Shown: positions 1-11,451 of the stretch, one piece after another | Layout: each line of letters opens with the position of its first letter | How positions within the stretch are numbered: the stretch's first letter is position 1 | Assembly: GCA_000146045.2 (NCBI GenBank) | Contig: BK006947.3 | Location: forward strand, 1 to 64,000 | DNA from: TPA_inf: Saccharomyces | Taxonomy: Eukaryota | DNA: 64,000 nucleotides | Direction: 5' to 3' | Position numbers and translations under genes: made by a program | Notes under the pieces: generated by a model | Seen by the model: the letters and a program-made list of their open reading frames with translations, nothing else | What the model was told of the DNA's origin: nothing | Database searches by the model: none

Positions 1-370
1 CCGGCTTTCTGACCGAAATTAAAAAAAAAAAATGAAAATGAAACCCTGTTCTTTAGCCCTACAGCACTTCTACATAGCCCTAAATAGCCCTAAATAGCCC
101 TCATGTACGTCTCCTCCAAGCCCTGTTGTCTCTTACCCGGATGTTCAACCAAAAGCTACTTACTACCTTTATTTTATGTTTACTTTTTATAGATTGTCTT
201 TTTATCCTACTCTTTCCCACTTGTCTCTCGCTACTGCCGTGCAACAAACACTAAATCAAAACAGTGAAATACTACTACATCAAAACGCATATTCCCTAGA
301 AAAAAAAATTTCTTACAATATACTATACTACACAATACATAATCACTGACTTTCGTAACAACAATTTCCT

Positions 371-3300
371 TCACTCTCCAACTTCTCTGCTCGAATCTCT
401 ACATAATAATATATCAAATCTACCGTCTGGAACATCATCGCTATCCAGCTCTTTGTGAACCGCTACCATCAGCATGTACAGCGGTACCCTCGTGTTATCT
501 GCAGCGAGAACTTCAACGTTTGCCAAATCAAGCCAATGTGGTAACAACCACACCTCCGAAATCTGCTCCAAAAGATATTCCAGTTTCTGCCGAAATGTTT
601 TATTGCAGAACAGCCCTATCAGCATCGACAGGAATGCCGTCCAATGCGGCACTTTAGATGGGGTAACTCCCAGCGCAAGCTGATCTCGCAAGTGCATTCC
701 TAGACTTAATTCATATCTGCTCCTCAACTGTCGATGATGCCTGCTAAACTGCAGCTTGACGTACTGCGGACCCTGCAGTCCAGCGCTCGTCATGGAACGC
801 AAACGCTGAAAAACTCCAACTTTCTCGAGCGCTTCCACAAAGACCGTATCGTCTTTTGCCTCCCATTCTTCCCGGCACTTTTTTTCGTCCCAGTTCAAAA
901 AGTACTGCAGCACCTCTGTCTTCGATTCACGCAAGTTGCTCCATACTTTATAATACAACTCTTTGATCTGCCTTCCAGACATGCGGAAAACTTGGCTCCC
1001 TTGCTTGCCTCTTGTCGAATCCAATACACTAATTGTTTCTCTTCTTCTAGTAATGGCCAGGTACCAAGCATAATTTCTCTGTATCTGAGAGTAGATCTCT
1101 CCCCTTTTTACGCTAAAAAATTTCAAATACCCTACAGGGTCCCCATGATATGGCTCGATGTCTTCCAAGTATTCTTTGTATTCCTCGTCATTTCGCAGCA
1201 TTCTCTCCACAGCTAGTGCTTCCCAAGCCATCCTCCGATACGATACTTTCTGGCCAGCCCAACAGACACAGAGCTCGAACATCTTTTGACAGCCCTTGCA
1301 TAATCCGTATTGTGTGAATACTCCCTCTGGGCAGAAGTATACGTCAATACCATAGAGGAAAAGATGTTTAATTTCGTCAGACCGAAATCCAAGAAACTGT
1401 AAGACATTCATATTCTCGGAAGTATTGGGAAATTGTGCTTTCAGTTTCTTTCTCTCTAGCAAAACCATTTGACTCCCTTTCCGCTTATACGACTCTTTGT
1501 TAATGTCGGTGACTGGATGGAATCTATTATCCTCAGCATTGCCATCTTTATTGGCGTCCTCCTTGGCACTAGCGTTGGTACTTTCAGTGGTAGTGGCATT
1601 AGTGCTGGAGTTGGTGCTAGCAGTGGTAGTGGCATTAGTGCTGGAGTTGGTGCTAGCAGTGGTAGTAGCACTAGTGTTGGAGTCGGTACTTTCGGTGGTA
1701 GTAGCACTAGTGTTGGAGTCGGTACTTTCGGTGGTAGTAGCACTAGTGTTGGAGTTGGTACTTTCAGTGGTAGTCGCACTAGTCCTGACGTTGATGCTGG
1801 CAGTGGTAGTAGCACTAGTCCTGACGTTGGTGCTGGCAGTGGTAGTAGCATTAGTGCTGGAGTTGGTACTTTCAGTGGTAGTCGCACTAGTCCTGACGTT
1901 GATGCTGGCAGTGGTAGTAGCACTAGTCCTGACGTTGGTGCTGGCAGTGGTAGTAGCATTAGTGCTGGAGTTGGTAGTCGCATTGGTACTGGCATTAGCA
2001 CTACCATGAATGCACGTGTCGCTGTCCTCATCACTGCTGCAATACTTTCTGCACCTGTCACTGCTATTGCTCTCCTGGAAGCTAGACGGTAACGCAACGA
2101 TCGACATGGAAGCTGTCGCCTGTTTTTCAGCCAATCTGTCCATTCTTTCTATCAGTTCCACTGTGTCAGCAGACAGGTCTGTCCTGGAGCCACAGCATCC
2201 AACATGCTGGCCCTTTTTTCCTTTCTTTGATTCAAGTCCATAGAACTCGCGTACCTGTTCGGTTATACAGCCTTCCTTAATCGGTGGTAATTCACCCTTA
2301 CGATTCCTTGCCGCCCAACTGTTTTTTCTAGATAATAGATAACAGAGGCCCCCATCTCTTAGTCTCCCTACGCCTTGAATGAGCTCAATAATATTAAGTC
2401 TATTATCAAGCATGATCACCATCATCAATTGCTTAATGTCAATTCCTTCAGTCACTAATTTCGTTCCGATGAGAACTCGCATGCTACCGTCAGTGACAAA
2501 CTCCTTTGTGCGAGACACCTTTTCTGCAGCACCCAGCTTCCCGTGTATCCATACCACCCTAAAATACTTTCTCCAAGAGCAGGCCAATTCTTCCACTTCG
2601 TTGGTTGTGCTTGCAACTACAATGGCCTTCGACTCTGGTTCAATTTCAAAGAGGGCTAAAAGAAGCTTCAGTGCTTCTTCGGGCTGTGATTCCACTTTCT
2701 TCCAAATTTTATGAACATGCCCTAAAGGCACCTCGGATTTCTCCTTGATTAGATTAAACATCCGTGTTGGATAGCTGGATAGACCTCTGCTGAGATCTTC
2801 CGACCGTTTGAGCTCGTTGATGTCCATCGACTTCTTGGCCAGTCCCGTAAGCCCAATACGCTGCAACGCAGCATCAGCTACAGCCTCAGGTGCTGTGCCG
2901 CTCAAAAAGATTGCTTTCTCAAAAGCGTCAAAATCAAGGTTAGTTATGCCCCCAAATTGCGACTGCCGGTAGACCTCCGTTTCAAAGTTGTGAAACTCAT
3001 CTACAATGAGGTAACCCAATTTTACGTTGTTGGTCCTAAAGGTGCACTCAACAATATTCTCCCACGCAGCTATCCTGTCTGTGAAATTAGTGCTAGCAAG
3101 ATCATCGTAGATCCCCACGTATAAATCAGTAACGCCATCGCAACCTTCTTCAATAAAGTTTCTTACAGGGGCCACATTCAAGCAACCGCATCGGCTCAAC
3201 CTGATCATGCAATTAGCAAGCAACACTGTGTACGGTACAAACAGAAACGACACATATTTCACGTCGCCCTTAGACGCCAGTGCTATCAAGGGGAGATGAA

Positions 3301-6098
3301 ATAACTCCGTCTTACCATAGCCCGGTGGGGCCTGTACTGCCACAGAGGGTGTGTCTGCCATGTATATTTCATGACATAAGCGCAACTGATGCAAGTCCCT
3401 GAATTCAAAGGAGCTGCCAAAGAGTTTCTGGCCTGCGACGAGGATATCGTTTGTACTCTTGGGCTCTCGGGGCCTTTTTCGCGTTACTCTTGAAATTTTT
3501 TGATGATGATCTGAACTCGCCGCCTCACCTGCCACTACGTCTTCCGCATTCCGAGTACTAGAGAATGAACAATGGTAGTCGCTTTCAAGGCCTAACCATT
3601 GAATCCAGCGCTCGGAAGCTCGTTCCTGCAATAAAGTGGCGGTCGTCCCACTGACACTAGTTAACGAAAAGGAATCCACACCGTAAATATTTCGCCCTGT
3701 TTGAACGGAATGATTGGCCATGAGTTCACTCGTCGCCGACTCGTACAAATCTGTTTCAAATCTGCTACCTACGCAGTGCCGTCCTAGGGCAATCAACCCC
3801 TGACGCATCTCCCGAAAATTCAGCTTCTGAGGTGCATTCTTCGGAAGTTCCCTCATGTACTGCCGAAAAGTTGCGTATTCAACCAGACAGCCCTTCGCGG
3901 TATTCAGAAACATGTAGGAATACAAAACTATCCTCGAAATGTCTCGATTTGTTACTTGATCTGGATCCTCAAATCCCACCACATCCATCCAAGGATCATG
4001 ATTAAAAGCGTCATAACTGTTACCAAGCGCACATATTTGCATTTGCCTTAGCACAGTGACAAAATAAAACACGTAATCTGAAGTGAGTCCGTCAAGCGTC
4101 TTAAGTCGAGGCTCCGATGAACCGTTCTTGTTGTAATCAGTGTACAGTTGGATGCGTCTTGTTGTATCATCGACGTATACGTTGCGCTGAGGACCGGCAA
4201 AAGCGAGTAGCTGAAGCTCTGGATAACGGTAAGGGTATCCTACGGCAAAATGGATCATCCACATAAGTGGCACCGTAAGCTCGTCAATTGCAACAGTGAC
4301 TTTATTTTTAAGAGCCGCGGTCATTTTGTTAGTATCTCTTCTCAACTTGGGCAGCACAATTTCACGATATTTAACAGGTATCATTTGAAGGAAAGAATCG
4401 TTCTCCAGATACTCGTCAATTCCTCGCTTTGGCTCTCTGAACAAAACTTCTCGATTACGCAAAATGAGGCTGGCAATATCAACCACTGTAGGCATATAAA
4501 AGCAGTCGTTCAATTCTTCCCAAAGGTTATCAAACTGAGCCTTGCATGCAAAGTAAAAGCCGCGGACATACTCGCGATTAAACAGTTTTCCACATACTGA
4601 TACACCATCAGAAGAAGGTACCAAAGTTATTCTATAAGAGTCCTTCAGCGCGGTTTCCTGCGCTACTTCGTGGTACAGAATTTTGATCCATTTCCACATC
4701 GCAACGCCGTTGTTGTCATCAAATATATCTAAATCCCTTGCGGTACAAGCACAAGACGACACCAATAAAGCTTTCACGGCATCTAGTGTTTTTCTGAGTC
4801 TTCGTGGAGTGTTAGGACTGCGCAACTTACATACTTTCAAGCCATGCTCGTCCACAGAGGGAATAATGGGTTCTTCATTCGTAATGGATCGATCCTCTTC
4901 GTCACCAGCGCCACCACGGGGACCCGCCCCGAAATTGAGCGCACATGCTCGCAAGATAATATGCAAAATATCACCCAATCGGTCCTTTTTGTTCATCATA
5001 TCGTTACATATCTGTGAAAAGTACTTTATCTCAGTGGGTTTACGTGGGCATAGATCACGCTTCAGCCGCTCTGTGTCGACTTTCTTTTCGCCAGGTAAAC
5101 TTGCTTGGTATGCAGAAAAAATCGATAGCTCATCTACGTGTAGTAACAAAAACATGTAGGGTGCCAAATTGTATCCATATTTCCTTATGGTGCTTTTCTG
5201 AAGACCCCTTACAATAGGTGTGCCAGAAACAAAGTCAGTGAAAGTACGCATCGTAGAGCTGTCGTTCGGCCTGGCACTCGCTATTTCGTAACAACGTTCC
5301 AGGACACGGAAACTCAACTCATTATAGTATCCTCTGTTGAGGTAAAAAAGAGAAAGGGTATCGTAATCCTTTCTATTGAATTTCAAAGTATGCACTTGAA
5401 ACAACGTGTAGACCATCAAGTTGATTTTCTTGGGAATAAGATACTTTGAAGGGATTGGTCCGCCCTGGAAATCTGGTTCGTCTTCAACAAACGTCAGGAA
5501 CTTTTGTACATTTTTCCCGACCATGACGGAAACGACAATTTTTTCAAAAGACCTTTTCCTATCCATTGCACCAGTTCTGAATTTTACCACTTTGATTAGA
5601 CCAGACTTTTCGTCTTCGTAGAATGACCGCACTTCCGTGGGGATCGATTCAAATAAAGTTATTGAGGGACAATGTACCAAGTCGTTTTTGTTATTTAGAG
5701 CCGACTCAAACTCGTCAAAGTTTGCTTTTTCAAACTTACGCCTATCGGAAACTTTCATTTTATTTTTGTAAGTTTCGAAATTAACAATAGTATGTTGATT
5801 GTTATGCTTTTTGACAAGAAATCCATCAATATAAACAAAAGATTGTCCAGTTTCCGTCTTATCATCATCTAAGAATGTAATAATTAAGCTATTGAGAAGA
5901 TGCAGAATCTGCGCTATGCAGGTGCAAATCTCTAGCAGCAGCAAAGTAAATTCAGTTAGTAAGAAATCTCACTAAGATAAGCGACTGTCTGTCCCCTTCA
6001 AGCACAACATAGAAAGCAGAAGGATGTCTCATTCATCGCTTGATTTCCGGCCTGCAAAAATAAAGTAGTCGGTACGTACGTTCGTTTTCAATTTCCAT
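371..6098 (-). CDS. YRF1-6: Y'-encoded DNA helicase YRF1-6 (YNL339C), a spliced gene
   Basis: Exon 1 is 6098..6080 (ATGGAAATTGAAAACGAAC). The intron is 6079..5932, with 5'SS GTACGT, branch point TACTAAC (revcomp at 5955-5961) and 3'SS TAG. Exon 2 is 5931..371. The spliced protein starts MEIENEQICTCIAQ and carries DEAD/DEAH helicase motifs (GYGKTE, DEFH). The track ORF starts at a TTG at 5944. Confidence 0.9.
1565..2000. repeat. 36-bp minisatellite (~12 copies) inside the YRF1-6 C-terminal region, encoding Ser/Thr/Asn/Ala-rich 12-aa repeats
   Basis: Tandem units agtggtagtagcactagtgttggagtcggtactttc and variants. All three frames on both strands stay open across it, which produces the spurious overlapping ORFs in the track (1456-2097, 1469-2092, 1497-2009). 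Confidence 0.9.
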
Positions 6099-6616
6099 GG
6101 TGCACAGTATCTTAACTATCTGCTTAGTCGAGGAGAACCAGGATTCTGTTCGTTGCTCAGCCGCTTCGTGGATATTCTCTTGGATACTTTAAATATGGAC
6201 CTACGCTTAGCCTGCGCTTAGCCTACAACTTCTTCCGCTCTCGAAAAGACCAATATAATAGAAAGTTATAAATTACATTTCCTTATTAGGTATACGACCT
6301 CGCGCTTCGAAGTAGAGGAGCCCTTTTTGGCGTACCTACATATGGCGCGTCAGACAGACAAACTTCCCCCAAAAATGTATTACCCCGCCGAATAAGAAAA
6401 CAGACCCATTCACCCACGACGTATCAAGTTACTTCCTTGGTGCAATGTCCCACTATAAAAAAATTCCTTGACGCTAGATCGTTGGACTAAAATCTGCGTC
6501 ACAATCGCCTAAACAGGAAATATTGCCTATTTTCGTACAAGGTTACTTCCTAGATGCTATATGTCCCTACGGCCTTGTCTAACACCATCCAGCATGCAAT
6601 ACAGTGACATATATAT

Positions 6617-6693
6617 ACCCACACCCACACCCACACACCACACCCACACACCCACACCACACCCACACCCACACACCCACACCCACACCCATC
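6617..6693. repeat. Interstitial telomeric repeat tract (C1-3A/TG1-3) between Y' and X
   Basis: cccacacccacacaccacacccacacacc..., with a degenerate tail ccctaaccctaccctattctaaccct reaching to ~6726. Confidence 0.9.
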
Positions 6694-7428
6694 ACAACCC
6701 TAACCCTACCCTATTCTAACCCTGATGAACGTGTCTCTCAACTTACCCTCCATTACCCTACCTCCCCACTCGTTACCCTGCCCCACTCAACCATACCACT
6801 CCCAACCACCATCCATCACTCTACTTACTACTACCATCCACCGCCCATCATAACCGTTACCCTCCAATTACCCAAATCCAACTCTACTACCATTACCCTA
6901 CCATCGACCATCTGCTACTCACTATACTGTTGTTCTACCCTCCATATTGAAACGTTAACAAATAATCGTAAATAATACACATATACTTACCCTACCACTC
7001 TAATCCCACTACCACATGCCATACTCACCTTCACTTGTATTCTGATCGGTCATACGTACACGGATGCTACAGTATATACCATCTCAACTTACCCTGCCAT
7101 AACATTCCACTCCACTCCATGGCCCATCTCTCACTAAATCAGTACCAAATGCACCCACATCATTATGCACGGCACTTGCCTCAGCGGTCTATACCCTGTG
7201 CCATTTACCCATAACTCCCACGATTATCCACATTTTAATATCTATATCTCATTCGGCGGCCCCAAATATTGTATAACTGCTCTTAATACATACGTTACAC
7301 CACTTTTACACCGTATACTAACCACTCAATTTATATACACTTATGCCAATATTACAAAAAAATCACCACTAAAATCACCTAAACATAAAAATATTCTATT
7401 CTTCAACCATAATACATAAACACACTCA
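6694..7428. repeat. X element: subtelomeric repeats (STR, ~6694-6960) followed by the X core (~6960-7428)
   Basis: It sits centromere-proximal of the internal TG tract. It is AT-rich with no credible ORF (only dubious YNL338W/YNL337W-type frames) and has an ACS match at 7380-7390. The boundaries are approximate, from memory of TEL14L ending near 7428. Confidence 0.6.
7380..7390 (-). promoter_or_regulatory. ARS consensus sequence (ACS) in the X core
   Basis: Plus strand taaacataaaa is the reverse complement of TTTTATGTTTA, which matches WTTTAYRTTTW. Confidence 0.5.
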
Positions 7429-8329
7429 ATTGCGTATCAATACCACCATGACGTCATTAACTTAAATGTTCCTTAATACGTCATACCACTATGCTCTATT
7501 CCATATATTGTAATATAACTGTACTCTATAGTCATACAGACGCTTTTACTTCACCCCATCTTCTCATACTATTGTCATAGAATCTCACACTGACGCATGA
7601 TTAAAACGAATAATTTTTACTGTAAGGGCTGCCATCCGCGCTCTATCCTTTTGTTTGCAATATTTATATACAGAATCTCAAAACAAGCGGGAGAAGTGCT
7701 AATTACCCAGAGGTCATGCATAATCTGAGTACCACCGTACCTCTAGGTTTTGCTTTGATCCGTTTTACAGTGACACCGAACATAAGGGGAAGCTATTGAC
7801 ATGGTATCGAAAGGTTGTCCACATTGGGAAGTAACTTGGTTCTATGAATCTTCATGTCAGATACGTAGGACAGACTCTTCCTGTGTAAATATTTGTGACA
7901 GCTACGTCTATTTTCTACTAGATGTTTACACAGTTTTGTCACAGGAAATCTACGCTTAAAATATGTATTTCATTCAAGCGGTAACCGCTGTACGAGCAGT
8001 GACATTGCTGGTCGCACCTTAAATGTAAACCAACGTTACGGCACACCGTGATGTACCCGCATTAAAGTTTTGTAAATTCGTTATTACGATTATCGAGTTG
8101 GCTAGATAGAAAACCGGAAATGAAATGGATGCCCTTTTCGAATAGCTGAGTTTCTTTGCCTAAAATAGCCCAATATTGTTTCCCTTTTTCTATCACGAGG
8201 TTACTGAGCCATTGCATGAACGCGCGCGCCTCGGCGGCTTTTTTTTTCTGCTGTGCTGTATAAAAGCGAAAAGCCAGAAGTTACTATCTCGAATAAAAAA
8301 CCCCTCGAACTGCCATCTCACTACCGAAA

Positions 8330-9475
8330 ATGAAAGAGAATGAACTTAAAAATGAGAAGAGTGTAGATGTATTATCCTTCAAACAGCTCGAATCCCAAAA
8401 GATTGTTCTACCTCAAGATCTTTTCAGAAGCAGCTTTACCTGGTTTTGTTATGAAATTTACAAGTCCTTAGCGTTTCGCATCTGGATGCTATTATGGCTA
8501 CCACTTAGCGTCTGGTGGAAACTTTCCAACAATTGTATTTACCCACTTATAGTTTCACTTCTGGTCCTGTTTCTGGGACCAATATTTGTCCTTGTTATTT
8601 GTGGACTTTCTCGTAAGCGTTCCTTATCGAAACAACTCATTCAGTTTTGCAAAGAGGTTACTGAAAACACACCAAGTTCTGATCCTCATGATTGGGAAGT
8701 TGTTGCAGCAAATCTAAATTCGTACTTATATGAAAATAAGGCTTGGAATACTAAGTACTTTTTCTTCAATGCCATGGTCTGTCAAGAAGCGTTCAGAACA
8801 ACCCTTCTCGAACCATTTTCTTTGAAAAAAGACGAAGCTGCCAAGGTTAAGTCATTTAAGGATTCCGTCCCTTACATTGAAGAAGCATTGGGAGTTTATT
8901 TTAGAGAAGTTGAAAAACAATGGAAGTTGTTTAATTCTGAGAAATCATGGAGCCCTGTTGGCCTGGAAGATGCTAAACTTCCCAAAGAAGCTTACCGATT
9001 TAAGCTTACTTGGTTTTTAAAGAGGATTTCCAATATTTTTATGTTGATACCATTCCTTAATTTTTTGTGCTGCATATATGTGTCACGGGGAATGTGCCTT
9101 CTATTACGCACCTTTTATCTCGGGTGGATTCTTTTCATGTTGGTACAAGGTTTCCAAAACATGAGGATGATCGTTTTATCCGTGAAAATGGAACACAAGA
9201 TGCAGTTCTTGTCGACTATTATAAATGAGCAAGAAAGTGGTGCGAATGGATGGGACGAAATTGCAAAAAAAATGAATAGGTACTTGTTTGAGAAAAAAGT
9301 CTGGAAGAATGAAGAGTTTTTCTTTGACGGGATTGACTGTGAATGGTTTTTTAGCCACTTCTTCTACCGCGTTCTCTCTGCAAAGAAATCTATGCGGGCT
9401 CTATCATTGAATGTGGAACTATGGCCATATATTAAAGAAGCGCAATTATCCTGCAGTGAGGAGTCCTTAGCGTAA
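8330..9475 (+). CDS. COS1: COS family subtelomeric membrane protein COS1 (YNL336W), 381 aa
   Basis: ATG at 8330. The protein MKENELKNEKSVDVLSFKQLESQ... has multiple TM segments and a TATA (tataaaagc) at ~8260. Confidence 0.9.
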   Translation: MKENELKNEKSVDVLSFKQLESQKIVLPQDLFRSSFTWFCYEIYKSLAFRIWMLLWLPLSVWWKLSNNCIYPLIVSLLVLFLGPIFVLVICGLSRKRSLSKQLIQFCKEVTENTPSSDPHDWEVVAANLNSYLYENKAWNTKYFFFNAMVCQEAFRTTLLEPFSLKKDEAAKVKSFKDSVPYIEEALGVYFREVEKQWKLFNSEKSWSPVGLEDAKLPKEAYRFKLTWFLKRISNIFMLIPFLNFLCCIYVSRGMCLLLRTFYLGWILFMLVQGFQNMRMIVLSVKMEHKMQFLSTIINEQESGANGWDEIAKKMNRYLFEKKVWKNEEFFFDGIDCEWFFSHFFYRVLSAKKSMRALSLNVELWPYIKEAQLSCSEESLA

Positions 9476-10747
9476 AGATAAATACAACTTTTTCAATTTA
9501 TATATTTTGTAGTTTGTCAGCTGCGAATAACCAAAACGAGACTACTTTTTACCATTACAACCATTTTCTTTTTCCCTATTTCTCACTGGTTGACAGAAAT
9601 CAGTGTGCTATCATCCTACCATATGCGCTAAACTTATTGTCTTTCTCCTCCTAGAGATGCTGTATTCCATGCATATTCTGAACGATGGGTTGGTGTTTTT
9701 ATCAAGCAAGGTTAATCACATGGCGTGGCTTGCTCCACACATCAGTAGAAAACGCATACCGCAGCGGAATCCTTAAATAATAAGTGATTTTACTGTTCAT
9801 CAACTACAATCGGACTCTTTCACAATTACCCTTCTTGTTTTCCACATTTACTGTTAAATGAAGGGATGTACAGAAGGCTTAGGAAAACCTGTGCTGAATA
9901 CTGGATGGACACTGCATTCCCACAGTGAAACTTTTATAGATACACTGTCAGTTATTTTCGAACTTTCATCAAGTTGCTGAGTTTTAGTATCCCTTTGCCT
10001 TAGCTATATGTTTGAATGAGCAAAATATTTGCAATGTCTCTAGCTTTCTTGAAATATTGGTTTATATTGAGGGCTTGGTAAGATTTCAAATTTCACTTTG
10101 AAATACTCAGGAGAAAAATCATGCTCTTTTGATAATTTGGTGACTAAACATACATAAAACAGTTTAATTTTGGGTGGTAATGGCTGTGTGACTAGCTATA
10201 GAAAGAAAAAAATTAAAAAAAAAAAAAAAAATCAAGTAGTTCCTGCACTGCGACGTCCATTATAGCATTATGAATTGGTCCCTGATTTACGCATGCGATA
10301 AACTATTTTTAGCGCAGCCGCATATTATCCGAGAATAACTTCCGACATAAGAAAATTCGCAGAAAATAGATAAAAAACTGCTCTTGGCATTCTTCACTTC
10401 CTCTATTACACACTGTGTCATACCACAATCATCTCACAGTATGTATTTGTATGTTTATACATGCTATAACGTAAAACAATGTAGAATATATATCTAAATA
10501 CCTCACGGTTTTAGTTTAGTGCAGCCCACATACTACTTTTTTCCTTTTGTTTTTTTTTATATTTCAAAGGTTAAACTCGCTTAGACTATGTCTATAATAT
10601 AAAAAAAAAAATAGCTCTATTCCGTTTCTTTTATTCTATTTGATATTTCCATCACACTTTCATCTTAATCACGGATGTATACTGATAATAGGGTTGACTG
10701 CGCCTGTACGGATTACAGTGCCCTCTTCAATTGGAAAATCCAAGCTT

Positions 10748-11107
10748 TCAAGATGCGTAACTGTTATTCAAAGGATCCTCTAAGATAAAACACAGATCGG
10801 CAGATCCGAGAGTTGGCTTCTGTGCCTTGGGCTCAAATTCCTTTCCCACCTCATTCAAATTGATTTTTCTGACTCCAAAAAAAGACAAAGCCCTGCGATA
10901 GTTCCCGAATGTTGTAACATCAAAGCCAAGCACTCCTTTATAGAAGTCGCATGAACGTTGAATACTAGCAGCTGGTGAAACTACAGGGTCTAAACTAACT
11001 AGTATCCATATCGTTTTGAGAGCATTGAAAGTATACGGAGTACAAGCTGGGTTAGAAGGAATTTTTATCTTAACAGCAATGAAAATCAACTTTCTAGACT
11101 GAATCCC
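10748..11107 (-). pseudogene. Degenerate VOC/glyoxalase-fold-like reading frame with no ATG (possible gene relic)
   Basis: The open frame runs 11107..10751 and contains ...VVSPAASIQRSCDFYKGVLGFDVTTFGNYRRALSFFGVRKINLNE...GSADLCFILED. This fits the beta-alpha-beta-beta-beta VOC pattern (h.V.D...S..FY..vLGF). The frame has no ATG: the track's M is a TTG. A +1 shift after the stop gives 28 more codons (HLESLDFPIEEGTVIRTGAVNPIISIHP). Confidence 0.3.
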
Positions 11108-11451
11108 TCAAGAAAATTGCAAAAGACTAACCGATACTGGTTTAAAAGAGAAAGATGTCAAATATGCGGAGTTATACCATCAAACAACTTTGGACGGCCC
11201 CGAAACAAATGTCCGCAAAAAAGATCTTATTAAAGTGCATGGACACTATCATTTCTATAATACAAAATACTCCACCGCACAATAGTTTGTCGGGAAGTCA
11301 TCAATCAATCTTGTACGAGCTTTACAAATAACTTTTTAGGATCGGTCCCCTCATAAAATTATATATAAATGGGTTAGTTTCCTTCTTCTTCTGTTAACAT
11401 GAAGTTGCTTCGTACTGTTTTTTGCCTTGCTCCTCTTCAAAAGAATCAATC

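Larger units (their letters stand above)
1..6600 (-). repeat. Subtelomeric Y' element (long form, truncated at the chromosome end in the reference), containing the YRF1 helicase gene
   Basis: It holds an 1859-aa helicase ORF typical of Y' ([19 protein letters not shown]...), is followed by an internal C1-3A tract, and has a tagccctaaa x3 repeat at 61-95. Confidence 0.85.

Noticed and set aside
734-5217. Multiple plus-strand ORFs (734-1216, 4250-4600, 4683-5159, 5014-5217 and others) inside YRF1-6
   Set aside because: They lie antisense to, or nested in, the 1859-aa helicase gene with no domain signatures. They are the dubious YNL339W-A/B-type ORFs.
6604-7419. ORFs 6604-6975 (His/Pro/Thr-rich) and 7165-7419 in telomeric DNA
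   Set aside because: They are translations of C1-3A repeats and X-element sequence (dubious YNL338W/YNL337W).
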